A program made the translations under genes and the position numbers. Positions 44,374-57,217 of a stretch of 64,000 nt of DNA are shown piece by piece. The notes under the pieces were generated by a model, which did not search any database, had not been told where the DNA came from, and saw only the letters and a list, made by a program, of their open reading frames with translations. The stretch comes from an uncultured Actinomycetota bacterium (GTDB lineage Bacteria; Actinomycetota; Actinomycetes; Propionibacteriales; Nocardioidaceae), in contig CAWAGM010000003.1 of assembly GCA_963781575.1 (NCBI GenBank), forward strand, positions 776 to 64,775. The letters run 5' to 3'. Position 1 is the stretch's first letter. The number at the start of each line of letters is the position of its first letter.

Positions 44374-45006
44374 TCAGAAAACCTCGTACTGCGAGGCGGA
44401 CAGGAAGAAGCCCTGCTGGGCCTCACGGTCGATGCAGGTGACGCCGATCTTCTGCGCGAGACACATGAGCCCGGACGCACCGGCCGCCACCTCGTCGTAG
44501 CCCAGCTTGGGGGCACCGGTCTCGCGGATCGTGTCGCTGTTGCAGACCGGCTCGAAGCCACCACCGGTGCGCTCGATGCGCCCCACCGACTGGCTCGGAC
44601 CTTCTCCGCACAGCTCGGGTGCGGGAATGCCGCCGCGATTGAGCTCGCAGCCCTGCACGAAGTCAGAGTCGAGCAGGCAGTAGATGCCATCGGGGGTCTG
44701 GAATCGAAGACCCTCCTGCGGCTCCTGCCCGAAGGTGTCGAACCGGGCAAGCGCGGCGTCGTACGTCGTGACCGGCTGTGAGGGATCGTCGGCCGGCGGG
44801 TCGCTGGGTTCAGAGGTCTCCGGCTCGGTCGGCTCCGTAGCCGGCGGCTCGCTGCTGGGCGCGGGGGCGGGCGGGGTGGAGGACGCCGACGGGCTCGGCT
44901 CGGCGGCCGTGTCGGCCGGGTCCTCGCTGCAGCCTGCGAGCAGCAGCAGCGCGGCAGGAGATCAGCGCGGCAGGCACAAGCGGGCGACGCGTGGGGGAAG
45001 AGTCAC
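44374..45006 (-). CDS. Hypothetical Cys-rich lipoprotein (frameshifted)
   Basis: LLAGC lipobox, Pro/Ser linker, FQTPDGIYC...GVTC...GFFLS. Confidence 0.55.
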
Positions 45007-45048
45007 GCTCCCATGGTGGCCGACACACCCGCCCAGATGCCGAAGCCA

Positions 45049-45082
45049 CGCTGACCCGTCCTCTATAGAGGACGGGTCAGCG
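45049..45082 (-). terminator. Intrinsic terminator-like hairpin after acnA
   Basis: Perfect 34-bp palindrome CGCTGACCCGTCCTCTA/TAGAGGACGGGTCAGCG 5 bp after the stop. Confidence 0.8.
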
Positions 45083-45087
45083 CCAAA

Positions 45088-47762
<2,675 letters not shown>

Positions 47763-47828
47763 CAGCCGTCTCCCTGTAGTCGTGGGTCGATCGTGGATCA
47801 TCTTGCCGCCGTGCGCCCACGCACCGGT

Positions 47829-47849
47829 AGTAAGGAGTGCCTTACTCAC
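47829..47849. promoter_or_regulatory. IdeR/DtxR-like box upstream of acnA
   Basis: AGTAAGG-AGTG-CCTTACT palindrome; partial match to TWAGGTWAGSCTWACCTWA. Confidence 0.4.
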
Positions 47850-47871
47850 CGCACTGTCGTTGCCGGCGATT

Positions 47872-47889
47872 TATCTCGACATCAAGATA
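47872..47889. promoter_or_regulatory. TamR-like (MarR) operator upstream of acnA
   Basis: TATCTCGACATCAAGATA, near-perfect 18-bp palindrome. Confidence 0.6.
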
Positions 47890-47922
47890 CATGAGATCGA
47901 GAGACGTTCCAAGCGCATCGGC

Positions 47923-48815
47923 CTACCCACCCAGGAAGTCGGCGACCAGGGCATTGACCTGTTGCGGCCGCTCGAGCTGCAGGAAGTGCCCGGCCCCGGT
48001 CACCAGCTCTCCCCTGACGTTGGCGGGGAACCCGGCCTGGGCAACTTCGTAGAAGCGACGATCGAGGCAACCGTCCTGGTCGCCGTGCAGGTAGAGCGTC
48101 GGCACGGTGGGCATGCCGGTCCAGGTCTCCGCCCACTGGGCGTACGCCGCCGCACCGCGCCCCGGGCGCACCATCGAGCGGTAGTACGACACGGTCGCCC
48201 GGGCGTGATCGACGTCAGGAACCGACGCGAGCAGGTGGGTCAGGTCGGTGCTGGCGTCGTAGCCAGGCGACCAGTCGGCCCACAGCTTGCGCACCAGCGG
48301 CTCGAACCGGCGCTCCGAGACGCCAGGCACCTGGTTGAGGGCGATGTACCAGCTCTTGAGCGGCTGCCGGACGACAGCGCCCAACCACGTGCCGATGCCG
48401 TCACGTCGCGGGTTCATGGCGGGGAGGGGCGGAACCGCCATCGAGACGATCCGCGAGAACGGGGAGCGCGGGTGGGCTCCCAGCCCGTTCGTCGTGATCG
48501 CGCCCCAGTCGTGCCCGATGAGAACCGCCCGGTCGTCGCCGCCGAGCACGCCGTGCAGGGCACGGCGTCGGCCATGAGCGAGGAGACGGTGAACACGCCG
48601 TCGGCCGGGATCTCCGAGGGCGCGTATCCCCTCAGGAACGGCGCCGCGACCCGCCACCCGCGCTCGGCCAGGTGAGGACCCAGGTGCCGCCAGGTCCAGG
48701 CGGTGTCGGGGAAACCGTGCAGCGCGATCGCGAGCGGGGCACCCGGGTCGCCCCACTCGAGCACCCGCGCGCGGTGGGTTCCGAGGTCGACGTCGACCTC
48801 GCTGGGGGCGTTCAC
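47923..48815 (-). CDS. Alpha/beta hydrolase, epoxide-hydrolase-like (frameshift near 48565)
   Basis: LHGFPD, LRGY, GHDWG, GAGHFLQLE. Confidence 0.85.
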
Positions 48816-49216
48816 TCCTGCGCGGCCTCGGCGGCCTTGCGCCGGGCCTTCTCAGCGTTGGCGATCGTCGTCTCCACCAGCGAGTTGAGCCGCGCGCCGT
48901 GCGGCCACCCGGCGTAGTGGCACATCAGGATCACCAGCTCGCGCAGCCCGTCGTCGTCCAGCTCCCCGGCCGCGTAGGCAGCCGGGATCTGGATCTGGAG
49001 GACGTCGTGCTGGTTGCTGCCGACGAGCAGCCCGATCAGGAACATGCGCCGGTCCCGGTCGGAGAGGCCCGGACGGTTCCAGATGTCGCCGAACAGGTGG
49101 TCGGCGGTGTAGCGGAAGAAGTCGCCGTCCATGTCGTTCATCTCGAAGCCGTAGACGTGCTCCATCTTCTCCAGGCCCGCCTTGCGGATCTCGGGAAGGT
49201 CGTCGAACTTGCCCAT
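48812..49216 (-). CDS. Carboxymuconolactone decarboxylase family (Rv0771-like)
   Basis: HLFGDIWNRPGLSDRDRR, HYAGWP. Confidence 0.85.
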   Translation of the reverse strand: MGKFDDLPEIRKAGLEKMEHVYGFEMNDMDGDFFRYTADHLFGDIWNRPGLSDRDRRMFLIGLLVGSNQHDVLQIQIPAAYAAGELDDDGLRELVILMCHYAGWPHGARLNSLVETTIANAEKARRKAAEAAQE

Positions 49217-50068
49217 CACTGCTCCTTGCTCGCGGCCGGGACACCCAGGCCCGGGCCGAGTCGGTCGATGGCGAGCTCGGCGAGCGGGACGTCGACGCCG
49301 AGCTGGTGGGCCAGCTCGATGGCGAAGCCGAGGTCCTTCTCCCCCAGCGACGTCACGTTGCTGAAGACACCGAACCAGAAGTCGTCCGGGTCGATCGTCG
49401 CCGTCGTCTCACGATGCATGATCGCGCCCGGTCCCCCGGTGATCGCGTCGGTGTGGCGCACGACGTCGCCGAGCTGCTTGAGGTCCAGGCCCGCTGCCTC
49501 GGCGAGGCGTTGGGCCTCGGTGGCCGCGGTGAAGGCGATGAAGTGCATCATGTTGCGCGCCAGCTTGAACCGGGTGCCCGACCCGATCGGTCCGGCGTGG
49601 ATGACCTTGCTGCCCAGCGCGTCGAGCGCAGGTCGGGCGGCTGCGAAGCGCGGCGTCCGTGCCGCCCACCATGATCGCGAGGGTGCCGTCGGCAGCACCC
49701 ATCGCGCCGCCGGAGACCGGAGCGTCGACCAGCAGCACGCCGTGCTTGGCCGCGGTCACCTCCAGCTGGCGCGGCGTCTCGGGAGCGATCGTGGAGTGCA
49801 CCACGACGACGGCTCCGTCACGCGCCGTGCCGACCACCTGGCCGAGCACGTCGCGCACCTGCTCGTCGTCGCGCACCATCACGCAGATCACGTCGGCCTG
49901 CGCGGCCAGCTCGCCGAGCGAACCGGCCACCGTGGCGCCGGCCGCCTCGAGGTCACGCAACGGTTCGGGCATCACGTCGTAGACGACGAGGGCCACCTCG
50001 GACGCCGCCAGCCGCAGCGCCATCGGCTTGCCGATGTTGCCCAGCCCGATGAATCCGACCGTCGTCAC
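49216..50068 (-). CDS. 3-hydroxyisobutyrate dehydrogenase family oxidoreductase (Rv0770-like; frameshift near 49650)
   Basis: GFIGLGNIG, DAPVSGG, FKLARN, KDL. Confidence 0.85.
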
Positions 50069-50069
50069 G

Positions 50070-50822
50070 TCAGAGCCGGAACGTCTGGCCGCCGTCGACC
50101 GCCAGGATCTGCCCGGTGATCCACGAGGCGTCGTCGGAGAGCAGGAACAGGAGCGCGCCGACCATGTCGTCGACCGATCCCATCCGCTTGATCGCCAGCG
50201 AGTTGCGCACGATGTCCTTGGCGGCATCGCCGGCCTGGATCTTCGTGGCCTCGGTGGCCGTCGGGCCAGGAGCGATCGCGTTGACCCGGATCTTCTGGCC
50301 GCCGAGCTCGTGGGCGAGCTGCTGGGTCAGGCTGTTGATGCCGGCCTTGGCCAAGCCGTAGAAGCCGGAGTAGAGGTAGGCGGCTGTCGAGCTCTGGTTG
50401 ACGATCGCGCCACCGCCGCGCTTGGCGATCTCGGGGTAGACGGCCCGCGTCATCACCAGGGCGCCGTCCATGTTCACCGACATGAACTTGCGGTAGTAGT
50501 CCCAGTCGACGGAGATGAGGAGGTTGAACTCCATGTCGCCGTAGATCGCGGCGTTGTTGACGAGGTGGTCGATGCCGCCGAACTCCTCCAGCGTGCGGGC
50601 CACCATGGCCTCGGCCGAGTCGGACGACGAGACGTCGGTGGACACGAAGATCGCCCGGCCGCCGCTCTCGTTGATCGCAGCTGCGACCTTGGCTCCCGAC
50701 TCCTCGTTCATGTCGGCCACGACGACCGCGGCGCCTTCGGCCGCCAGGGCGCGGGCGTAGGCCTCGCCGATCCCCTGGGCTGCGCCGGTGACGACGACGA
50801 CCTTGTTCTCATAACGGTTCAT
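50070..50822 (-). CDS. SDR oxidoreductase (Rv0769-like)
   Basis: TGAAQGIG, NNAAI, NQSS, YGLAK. Confidence 0.9.
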   Translation of the reverse strand: MNRYENKVVVVTGAAQGIGEAYARALAAEGAAVVVADMNEESGAKVAAAINESGGRAIFVSTDVSSSDSAEAMVARTLEEFGGIDHLVNNAAIYGDMEFNLLISVDWDYYRKFMSVNMDGALVMTRAVYPEIAKRGGGAIVNQSSTAAYLYSGFYGLAKAGINSLTQQLAHELGGQKIRVNAIAPGPTATEATKIQAGDAAKDIVRNSLAIKRMGSVDDMVGALLFLLSDDASWITGQILAVDGGQTFRL

Positions 50823-50900
50823 CTGACTGCCTTCGATTGAGTGTTGCTTCGATTCGACTGGGTTTCGAGCGCCGTCGCGACCTCGTTCCTCGGCGCGGGC

Positions 50901-52364
50901 TCACGCCGGGAACGCGAGCGTCTTCGTCTCGAGGTACTCCTCGAAACCGGGCACGCCCATCTCGCGGCCGATGCCGGAGTGCTTGTAGCCACCGAACGGC
51001 GCGTCCGGGCTGAACCAGACACCGCCGTTGACGGCCAGGGTGCCGGTACGGATCCGGGCGGCCACCGCGGTCGCGCGGTCGAGGTCGGCGGAGTCGACCG
51101 AGCCGGACAGCCCGTAGGCCGAGTCGTTGGCGATCCGCACGGCGTCGTCGTCGCCATCGTGGGCGATGACGACGAGCACCGGGCCGAAGATCTCCTCCTG
51201 CGCCAGGCGCGAGGAGTTGTCGAGGCCGGCGATGACGGTGGGCTGGATCCAGTAGCCGTCCTGCTCGATGACCGAGCCACCGGTGGCGAACGTGCCGCCC
51301 TCCTCGAGCGCGAGCTTCAGGTAGGCCTCGACCCGGTCACGCTGGATGGCGGAGATGACGGGGCCACAGATGGCTCCCGGGTCGGAGGGGTCCTTGGCGC
51401 CGATCGACTCCATCGTCGCGGCGGCGACCTGCACCGCTTCGTCGTACTTCTCCCGCGGCACCACCAGGCGCGTGGTGATGGCGCAGCCCTGACCGGCGTG
51501 GATGCACGCGGCGAAGGCGGTGGCTCCTGCCACCGAGGCGACGTCGGCGTCGTCGAGGGCGATGGCGGCCGACTTGCCGCCCAGCTCGAGGAAGACCTTC
51601 TTCAGGGTCGGCGCTGCGGCCGCCATGATCGCCTTGCCCACCGACGTCGATCCGGTGAACGAGACCATGTCGACGCGCTCGTCGGTCGAGAGCACCGAGG
51701 CGACGTCGTTCGAGCGTGGTGTCACGACATTGAAGACGCCGGCGGGGATGTCGGTGTGCTCGGCGACCAATCGGCCGAGCTCGCAGGCCACCCACGGGGT
51801 GTCGGGCGCCGGCTTGAGCACGACTGTGCAGCCCGCGGCCAGGGCCGGACCGACCTTCGCCAAGTTGATCTGGGTCGGCACGTTCCACGGCGTGATGGCC
51901 GCGACGACCCCGACCGGCTCACGACGAACCGTGCGACGCGACGCGATGCCCATCGGCTTTGCCACGCCGAGGTCGGTCTCGAACTCGAACGACTCGGCCA
52001 GGTCGGTGACCCACTTGAGCCCCTCGACCGGCACGTCGAACCCGGCGGCACCCATCATGAAGTCGGGCATGCCGACCTCAGCGCGGGTCAGCGCCTTGAA
52101 CGCCTCGGCGTTCTCCATCAGGGCAGCGTGCAGCTGGCGCAGGCAGCGCACGCGCAGCTCGGTGTCCGTCGACCAGTTCGACTCGTCGAACGCACGACGC
52201 GCGGCTCCGATGGCGGCGTCGACGTCGGCTGCGGTGCCGTCGGGAGCCTGACCGATCTCCTGGCCGTTGGCCGGGTTGAGGATCGGGTAGGTGGCGCCGT
52301 CGCTGGCGGGCACCAGCTTGCCGTCGATCAGCTGCTGAGCCGCCGGGGTCGTCAGGTCGCTCAT
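50901..52364 (-). CDS. NAD-dependent aldehyde dehydrogenase (Rv0768/AldA-like)
   Basis: ITPWN, FTGS, LELGGKS, AGQGC, EEIFGP. Confidence 0.92.
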   Translation of the reverse strand: MSDLTTPAAQQLIDGKLVPASDGATYPILNPANGQEIGQAPDGTAADVDAAIGAARRAFDESNWSTDTELRVRCLRQLHAALMENAEAFKALTRAEVGMPDFMMGAAGFDVPVEGLKWVTDLAESFEFETDLGVAKPMGIASRRTVRREPVGVVAAITPWNVPTQINLAKVGPALAAGCTVVLKPAPDTPWVACELGRLVAEHTDIPAGVFNVVTPRSNDVASVLSTDERVDMVSFTGSTSVGKAIMAAAAPTLKKVFLELGGKSAAIALDDADVASVAGATAFAACIHAGQGCAITTRLVVPREKYDEAVQVAAATMESIGAKDPSDPGAICGPVISAIQRDRVEAYLKLALEEGGTFATGGSVIEQDGYWIQPTVIAGLDNSSRLAQEEIFGPVLVVIAHDGDDDAVRIANDSAYGLSGSVDSADLDRATAVAARIRTGTLAVNGGVWFSPDAPFGGYKHSGIGREMGVPGFEEYLETKTLAFPA

Positions 52365-52384
52365 GCGTTCGCCTCCGGAGCCTG

Positions 52385-52994
52385 CTACTGGGTGATGTAG
52401 TCGCCGCGCTCGACCGGCGGCGGCCACACCGGCGAGGGGATGTCCTTGTAGTGGTAGTGCCCGGGCACGCCGTGGCCGGCCACCTCCATGCGCTTGAGCA
52501 GCGTGTCGGGAGCCTTGCCGGCCTTGATGATCTCCACGAACGTGTGGGCCGTCGACGGCATGTCGAACCAGTCGCGCTGCCAGGCGAACTTCAACAGACC
52601 GTCATCTGCTCCGCCGACCTGGCGCTCGACACCGAACCACGAGCCACCGATGCCGAGGATCTCGTACTCCTGGCCGGTCTCGTCGTTGGTGATGCCGGAC
52701 TTCTGCTTCCAGAAGCCGAGCACCATGCCCTTGGCCTCGTCGATCATCGAGCACTGGTAGTCGTAGTGCCAGCCGTCGAGGCCGTCCATCTCGATGCCGA
52801 TCGCCCAGTCGCGGATCTGGTCGCGACCCACGGCCATGAAGTGCTCGTCGGGGCTGTACATCCAGCCGTACGACGCGTCCTCGGCGTACCACTCGGCCAT
52901 CACGCGCCAGTCGCCGGTGCGCTCGGCCTCCCGGTTGATCTCGCAGCCAGGTCTCCCAGAACTCCTCGATCTCGGCTCGGGTCAAGCTGCTCAT
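52385..52994 (-). CDS. NTF2/SnoaL-like protein (Rv0762c-like; frameshift near 52940)
   Basis: YAEDASYGW, IEMDGLDGWHY, GIGGSWF, WQRDWFD. Confidence 0.8.
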
Positions 52995-53217
52995 GCTGGG
53001 TCCGTCTGGCTGGGCTCTCTGGGCTCTCCTCGATGGCAAGCGCCATCGCCGGGCAGTACTGGACGGCCGCCACGACCTGCGGCCGGAGACTCTCGTCGGG
53101 GTGCTCCTGGACGACGACGACCTGGTCGGCGTCGTCGTCGAAGTCGAAGACGTCGGGCGCCTCGCCGGTGCACATCTGGTGCCCCTGGCACAGCCCGAGG
53201 TCAGCGACGACCTTCAC
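52991..53217 (-). CDS. Ferredoxin partner of CYP51 (Rv0763c-like)
   Basis: LCQGHQMC...YCP (CxxHxxC); missed by the ORF track; 3' end frameshifted. Confidence 0.85.
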
Positions 53218-54605
53218 TGCTGCCGCCGCTTGTACTTGGCGCGGCAGGGGCGCTGCAGCTGGATCACCATCTTCGAGTAGTCGTCTCGATAGGTCTCGCT
53301 CGGCTGCACCAGCTCGAACTCGAAGTCGCGAAGCAGCACTGAGAAGATCGCCTTGATCTGCATCATCGCAAAGGCGTTGCCGACGCAACGATGCTTGCCG
53401 GCGCCGAAGGGGATCCAGGTCCAGCGGTTCTGCATATCCTCCTGGCGCGGGTCGAGGTACCGCGAGGGGTCGAACGACTCCGGGTCGGGGAAGTCCTCGG
53501 CCAGCCGGTTCGAGACGCGCGGTGACGACGCGACGATCGTGCCCACGGGGATGACGTGCCCGGCGAGCTCGATCTCCTCGACCACCTGGCGCATCAAGAT
53601 GATCAGCGGCGGGTGCAGCCGCAGGGTCTCCTTGATCACGGACTCGAGCTTGGGGATCGACCGCAGCGCCTGGAAGGAGATCTCCACGGGTGCATTTCCG
53701 GTCGGGTCGGCGTAGAGCTCGTCGAGCTCGGTGACGACCTCGGTCATCACCTCGGGGTGGCGCATCAGCTCGATCAGGGTCCAGGCCGAGGTGCCCGACG
53801 AGGTGTGGTGACCCGCGAAGAGCATCGAGATGAAGACGCCGGTGATGTAGTCGGCACTCATGTCGAGCGAGATCAGGACGTCGAGCAGGTCGCGCTCCTC
53901 GCGCGGGACGCTCCCTCTCTCCTGGGCCCGCTCGCGGCGCCGGTCGATGATGCCCTGCACCAGCTCGACGAGCGTCGCGCGGGAGCGGTCGCGGATCTCG
54001 AAAGCCTCGACGCCCTCCATGTAGGGGTCGACGTACGCCAGCGCGTCGGTGCCGCGCTCGAGGCCGTGGTAGGCCTCGGCGAACCGGTGGTCGATCTCCT
54101 CGCGGAACGGCAGGCCGACCAGGCACGCGGCGGTGTTGTAGATCGTCAGCTCGGCGAAGAAGTCGAGCAGGTCGATCTCACCCTCGTCGCCCCACTCGCC
54201 GACCATCCGCTTGATCTCGTTCTCGATGGTGGTCGCGTGACCGCGCATCTGGTCACCGCGCAGCGCCTGGTTCTTCAACGCCGCCTGCCGCTCCTCGGGC
54301 GAGGCGTCGAAGACGACACCAGGGCCGAAGATGGGCGTCATGAACGGGTAGGCCGCCGCCTGGTCGAGCGTCGACTCGGGCGCCTTGAAGAACTGCTCGT
54401 TCGCCTCGGCGCCGGTCACCATGATCACCTCCTTGTCGGCGATCCGGAACCGTCCGATCGCGCCGCACTCGGCGTAGACGCGCTCGAGCAGGGCCACTGG
54501 GTCGATCCGCATTTCAGCGAGGTGGCCGTGGCCGTCGTCGTCCGGGACGGCGATCGAGACCACTGGGATGTCGGCGATGCTGGCGGCGTTCTCGGTGAGG
54601 GTCAT
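53214..54605 (-). CDS. cyp51: Sterol 14-alpha-demethylase family P450 (CYP51B)
   Basis: AYPFMTPIFG.GVVFDA, FAGHHTS I-helix, ETLRLHPP, PFGAGKHRCVG. Confidence 0.92.
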   Translation of the reverse strand: MTLTENAASIADIPVVSIAVPDDDGHGHLAEMRIDPVALLERVYAECGAIGRFRIADKEVIMVTGAEANEQFFKAPESTLDQAAAYPFMTPIFGPGVVFDASPEERQAALKNQALRGDQMRGHATTIENEIKRMVGEWGDEGEIDLLDFFAELTIYNTAACLVGLPFREEIDHRFAEAYHGLERGTDALAYVDPYMEGVEAFEIRDRSRATLVELVQGIIDRRRERAQERGSVPREERDLLDVLISLDMSADYITGVFISMLFAGHHTSSGTSAWTLIELMRHPEVMTEVVTELDELYADPTGNAPVEISFQALRSIPKLESVIKETLRLHPPLIILMRQVVEEIELAGHVIPVGTIVASSPRVSNRLAEDFPDPESFDPSRYLDPRQEDMQNRWTWIPFGAGKHRCVGNAFAMMQIKAIFSVLLRDFEFELVQPSETYRDDYSKMVIQLQRPCRAKYKRRQQ

Positions 54606-55378
54606 GACAGCGGGGCCTCCGGGTTGACTTCGATCAGGTTCACGTGGACGCCGCGCGGCTGGCCGACGAGGTAGGTGATGGCATCGGCGAGTGCTTGCGG
54701 CTTCATGAAGTGCGAGTGCCGGGCGTGGCCGAATCGGACCCACGCGTTGAGCACGGTGGCCGCCTCGTCGACGTCCCAGTCGAGCCCCATCTCGCTCCAC
54801 GTCGGGCCGGGGCGCACGATCGAGGCGCGCACACCGGTGCCCTCGAGCTCCATCTGCATCGCGTGCGCCATGCCCTCGAGCCCCCACTTGCCGGCAGCGT
54901 AGGAGGACATGAACGGGCGCGCGCGCACGGCCACGTCGGAGGACACGAACACGACGTCGCCGCGTCGGCGCTCGACCATGCCGGGAACGAAGGCCCGCAC
55001 GAGTCGGTGCGCGCCGAGGATGTTGAGGTCGATCTCACGGTCGAAACGATCGGTGTCGACCTCGTGGATCGTGCCGGGCGCGACTCCCCCGGCGTTGGAG
55101 ACCACGACCTCGATGTCACCCAGGGCAGCAGTCACGGTCTCGGCGAAGACCTTGACCGAGTCGCTGTCGGTGACGTCGAGCGCGGATACGACGACCTCGC
55201 CGCCGCTCTCGCGGATGGTGGCGGCGAGGTCGTCGAGCTTGTCGGTGCGCCGGGCACCCAGCGCCACCGGGTAGCCGGCTGCGGCGAAGGTGAGCGCCGT
55301 CGCGGCGCCGATCCCGGACGACGCCCCGGTGATCACCGCGGGACGTCGGTCGGGCTGGGCGTACTTGCTGTTCGCCAT
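54602..55378 (-). CDS. SDR oxidoreductase (Rv0765c-like)
   Basis: PDRRPAVITGASSGIG, YAAGK, PGPT. Confidence 0.88.
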   Translation of the reverse strand: MANSKYAQPDRRPAVITGASSGIGAATALTFAAAGYPVALGARRTDKLDDLAATIRESGGEVVVSALDVTDSDSVKVFAETVTAALGDIEVVVSNAGGVAPGTIHEVDTDRFDREIDLNILGAHRLVRAFVPGMVERRRGDVVFVSSDVAVRARPFMSSYAAGKWGLEGMAHAMQMELEGTGVRASIVRPGPTWSEMGLDWDVDEAATVLNAWVRFGHARHSHFMKPQALADAITYLVGQPRGVHVNLIEVNPEAPLS

Positions 55379-55379
55379 C

Positions 55380-56624
55380 TCAGCGCACCTCGACCGAGGC
55401 GACCGGCACGGAGGCGAAGCCACGCACGCTGACCGAGTGGACGCGGACGCACTCGTCATGGACGACGTCGATGCTCTTGACGCGGGCGGCGAGCTCGCGC
55501 AACGCGATCTGCGCCTCCAGGCGAGCCAGGTTCGCGCCGAGGCAGAAGTGGCGTCCGCCGCCGAAGCTGACCAGCTGAGCCAGCTCCTCCTTCGGGCGGT
55601 GGATGTTGAAGAGTCGGGCTGGTCGAAGACGAGCTCGTCGCGGTTGGCCGAGCCGATCACCAGCGCGAGCTTCGACCCGGCGGGGGCGACCTTGCCGTGC
55701 AGCTCGACGTCCTGGAGCAGGTGGCGGGCCAGCACCTGGCTCGACGTGTCGTAGCGCAGCGTCTCCTCGATCCAGGGGTTCACCAGGTCGAGGTCGCCGG
55801 TGCTGCGAACACGTCGGCGAGCTGCGCCGGGTGGCTGGTCAGGTGGAACAGCGCGTGGCCGAGCAGCTTGGTGGTGGTCTCGTTGCCTGCCACGACCATC
55901 AGGAACAGGAAAGCGATGATCTCGTCGTCGGCCAGCCGGTCGCCGTCGATCTCGGCCGCGAGCAGCGCGCTGGTGAGGTCGTCGGTGGGCTGCTTCTTCC
56001 GCTGCTCGACCATGTCGGCGTAGTAGACGACCAGGTCGAGCGAGGCCTGCACGCCGGCCTCGGGCACGTCGTGGACGCCGTCCTCACGGTGCACGACGAT
56101 GTCGGCCAGCCGGCGCACCTCGTCACGGTCGGCCTCGGGCACGCCCATCATCTCGGAGATGACGTCCATCGGGAGCTTGCCGGCGAAGTCCTTGATCCAG
56201 TCGAAGCCCTCGCCGCTCTCGGCCAGCTCGAGGCAGCGGGTCAGGTAGAGGTCGGTGAGCTGCTCGATGCGCGGCGCGAGCTCGGTGACCCGCCGCGGGG
56301 TGAACCCCTTGGACACCAGCGAGCGCAGCCGCTTCTGCCGGTCGCCGTCCATGCCGAGGAACGACATCACCTTGTGGGCGTGCGGCCCCCAGGCGCTGGG
56401 CTCGAGCGAGACGCCCATCGCGTTGGAGTAGATGCCCTCGCTGCGGAAGGCCTGCTGCACGTCGGCGTGCCGGGTGAGCACCCAGAAGTCGTGCTGCTCG
56501 TTGTGGTGGAGCGGGTCCTCGGCCCTGCACCGGGCGTAGACCGGGTAGGGGTCCTCCTGGAATCCGTAGTCGAACGGGTCGAAGACCAGCGGGCCGCGAC
56601 TCACCCGGTGCTGTAGGTGCTCAT
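55380..56624 (-). CDS. Cytochrome P450, CYP123-like (frameshifted)
   Basis: FDPFDYGFQEDPYP, AGNETT, EETLRYDTSSQ, SFGGGRHFCLG in a shifted frame. Confidence 0.85.
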
Positions 56625-57200
56625 GCGTGGCCTTTCAGGATCGTCGCGACGACGGCGTCGAGCCGGTCGCCCATCTCGGTGTAGGTCAGGACGCCCATGC
56701 CGGCCTGCAGCAGGGCGCCGGAGAAGGCGAGCGTCAAGGTCTCGACCAGCTCGGGAGTGGTCGTCTGGCCCGAGCGCTGACTCGAACCGGCGCACGAACT
56801 CGGCGCCGATACGCAGCCGGAGCCGGTCGACGTCGGGGTCGGACGACAGCAGGGCCGGGGTGACGGCCGCGGCCATCTCGGGAGCCTCGGCCAGTCGCAG
56901 CGCCATCCGCCGGGTCACGCTCTGCACCCGCGCGACCGCGTCGGTGCCGGTCGGCTCGTGGTCGGCGTCGTCGACGAGGTAGCCGAGGAACAGCTCGGCG
57001 AAAAGGTGGTTCTTCGAGGCCAGGTAGGTGTAGGCGGTGGCGGGTGAGACGCCGGCGCGGGCGGCCACGGTGCGCACCGTGAGGGTCTCGTGGCCGACGT
57101 GGCGCAGCTCCTCCTCGCCGGCGGTGAGGAGCTTGGTCAAGGTGGCGGCCTGCCGACTGCGCAGCCCCTGGCGCGGGACTCTGGACACGTGGCTGGACAC
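56621..57200 (-). CDS. TetR family regulator (Rv0767c-like; 3' frameshift)
   Basis: LTVRTVAARAGVSPATAYTYLASKNHLFAE. Confidence 0.88.
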
Positions 57201-57208
57201 GTGTCCAG
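57181..57208. promoter_or_regulatory. Operator of the cyp51-cluster TetR
   Basis: Perfect 16-bp palindrome CTGGACACGTGTCCAG (57193-57208) plus an overlapping partial copy CTGGACACGTG at 57181. Confidence 0.75.
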
Positions 57209-57217
57209 AATAGGTAC

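Noticed and set aside
45049-45082. 34-bp perfect palindrome as a mobile-element end or REP
   Set aside because: Single copy directly after the acnA stop; a terminator explains it.
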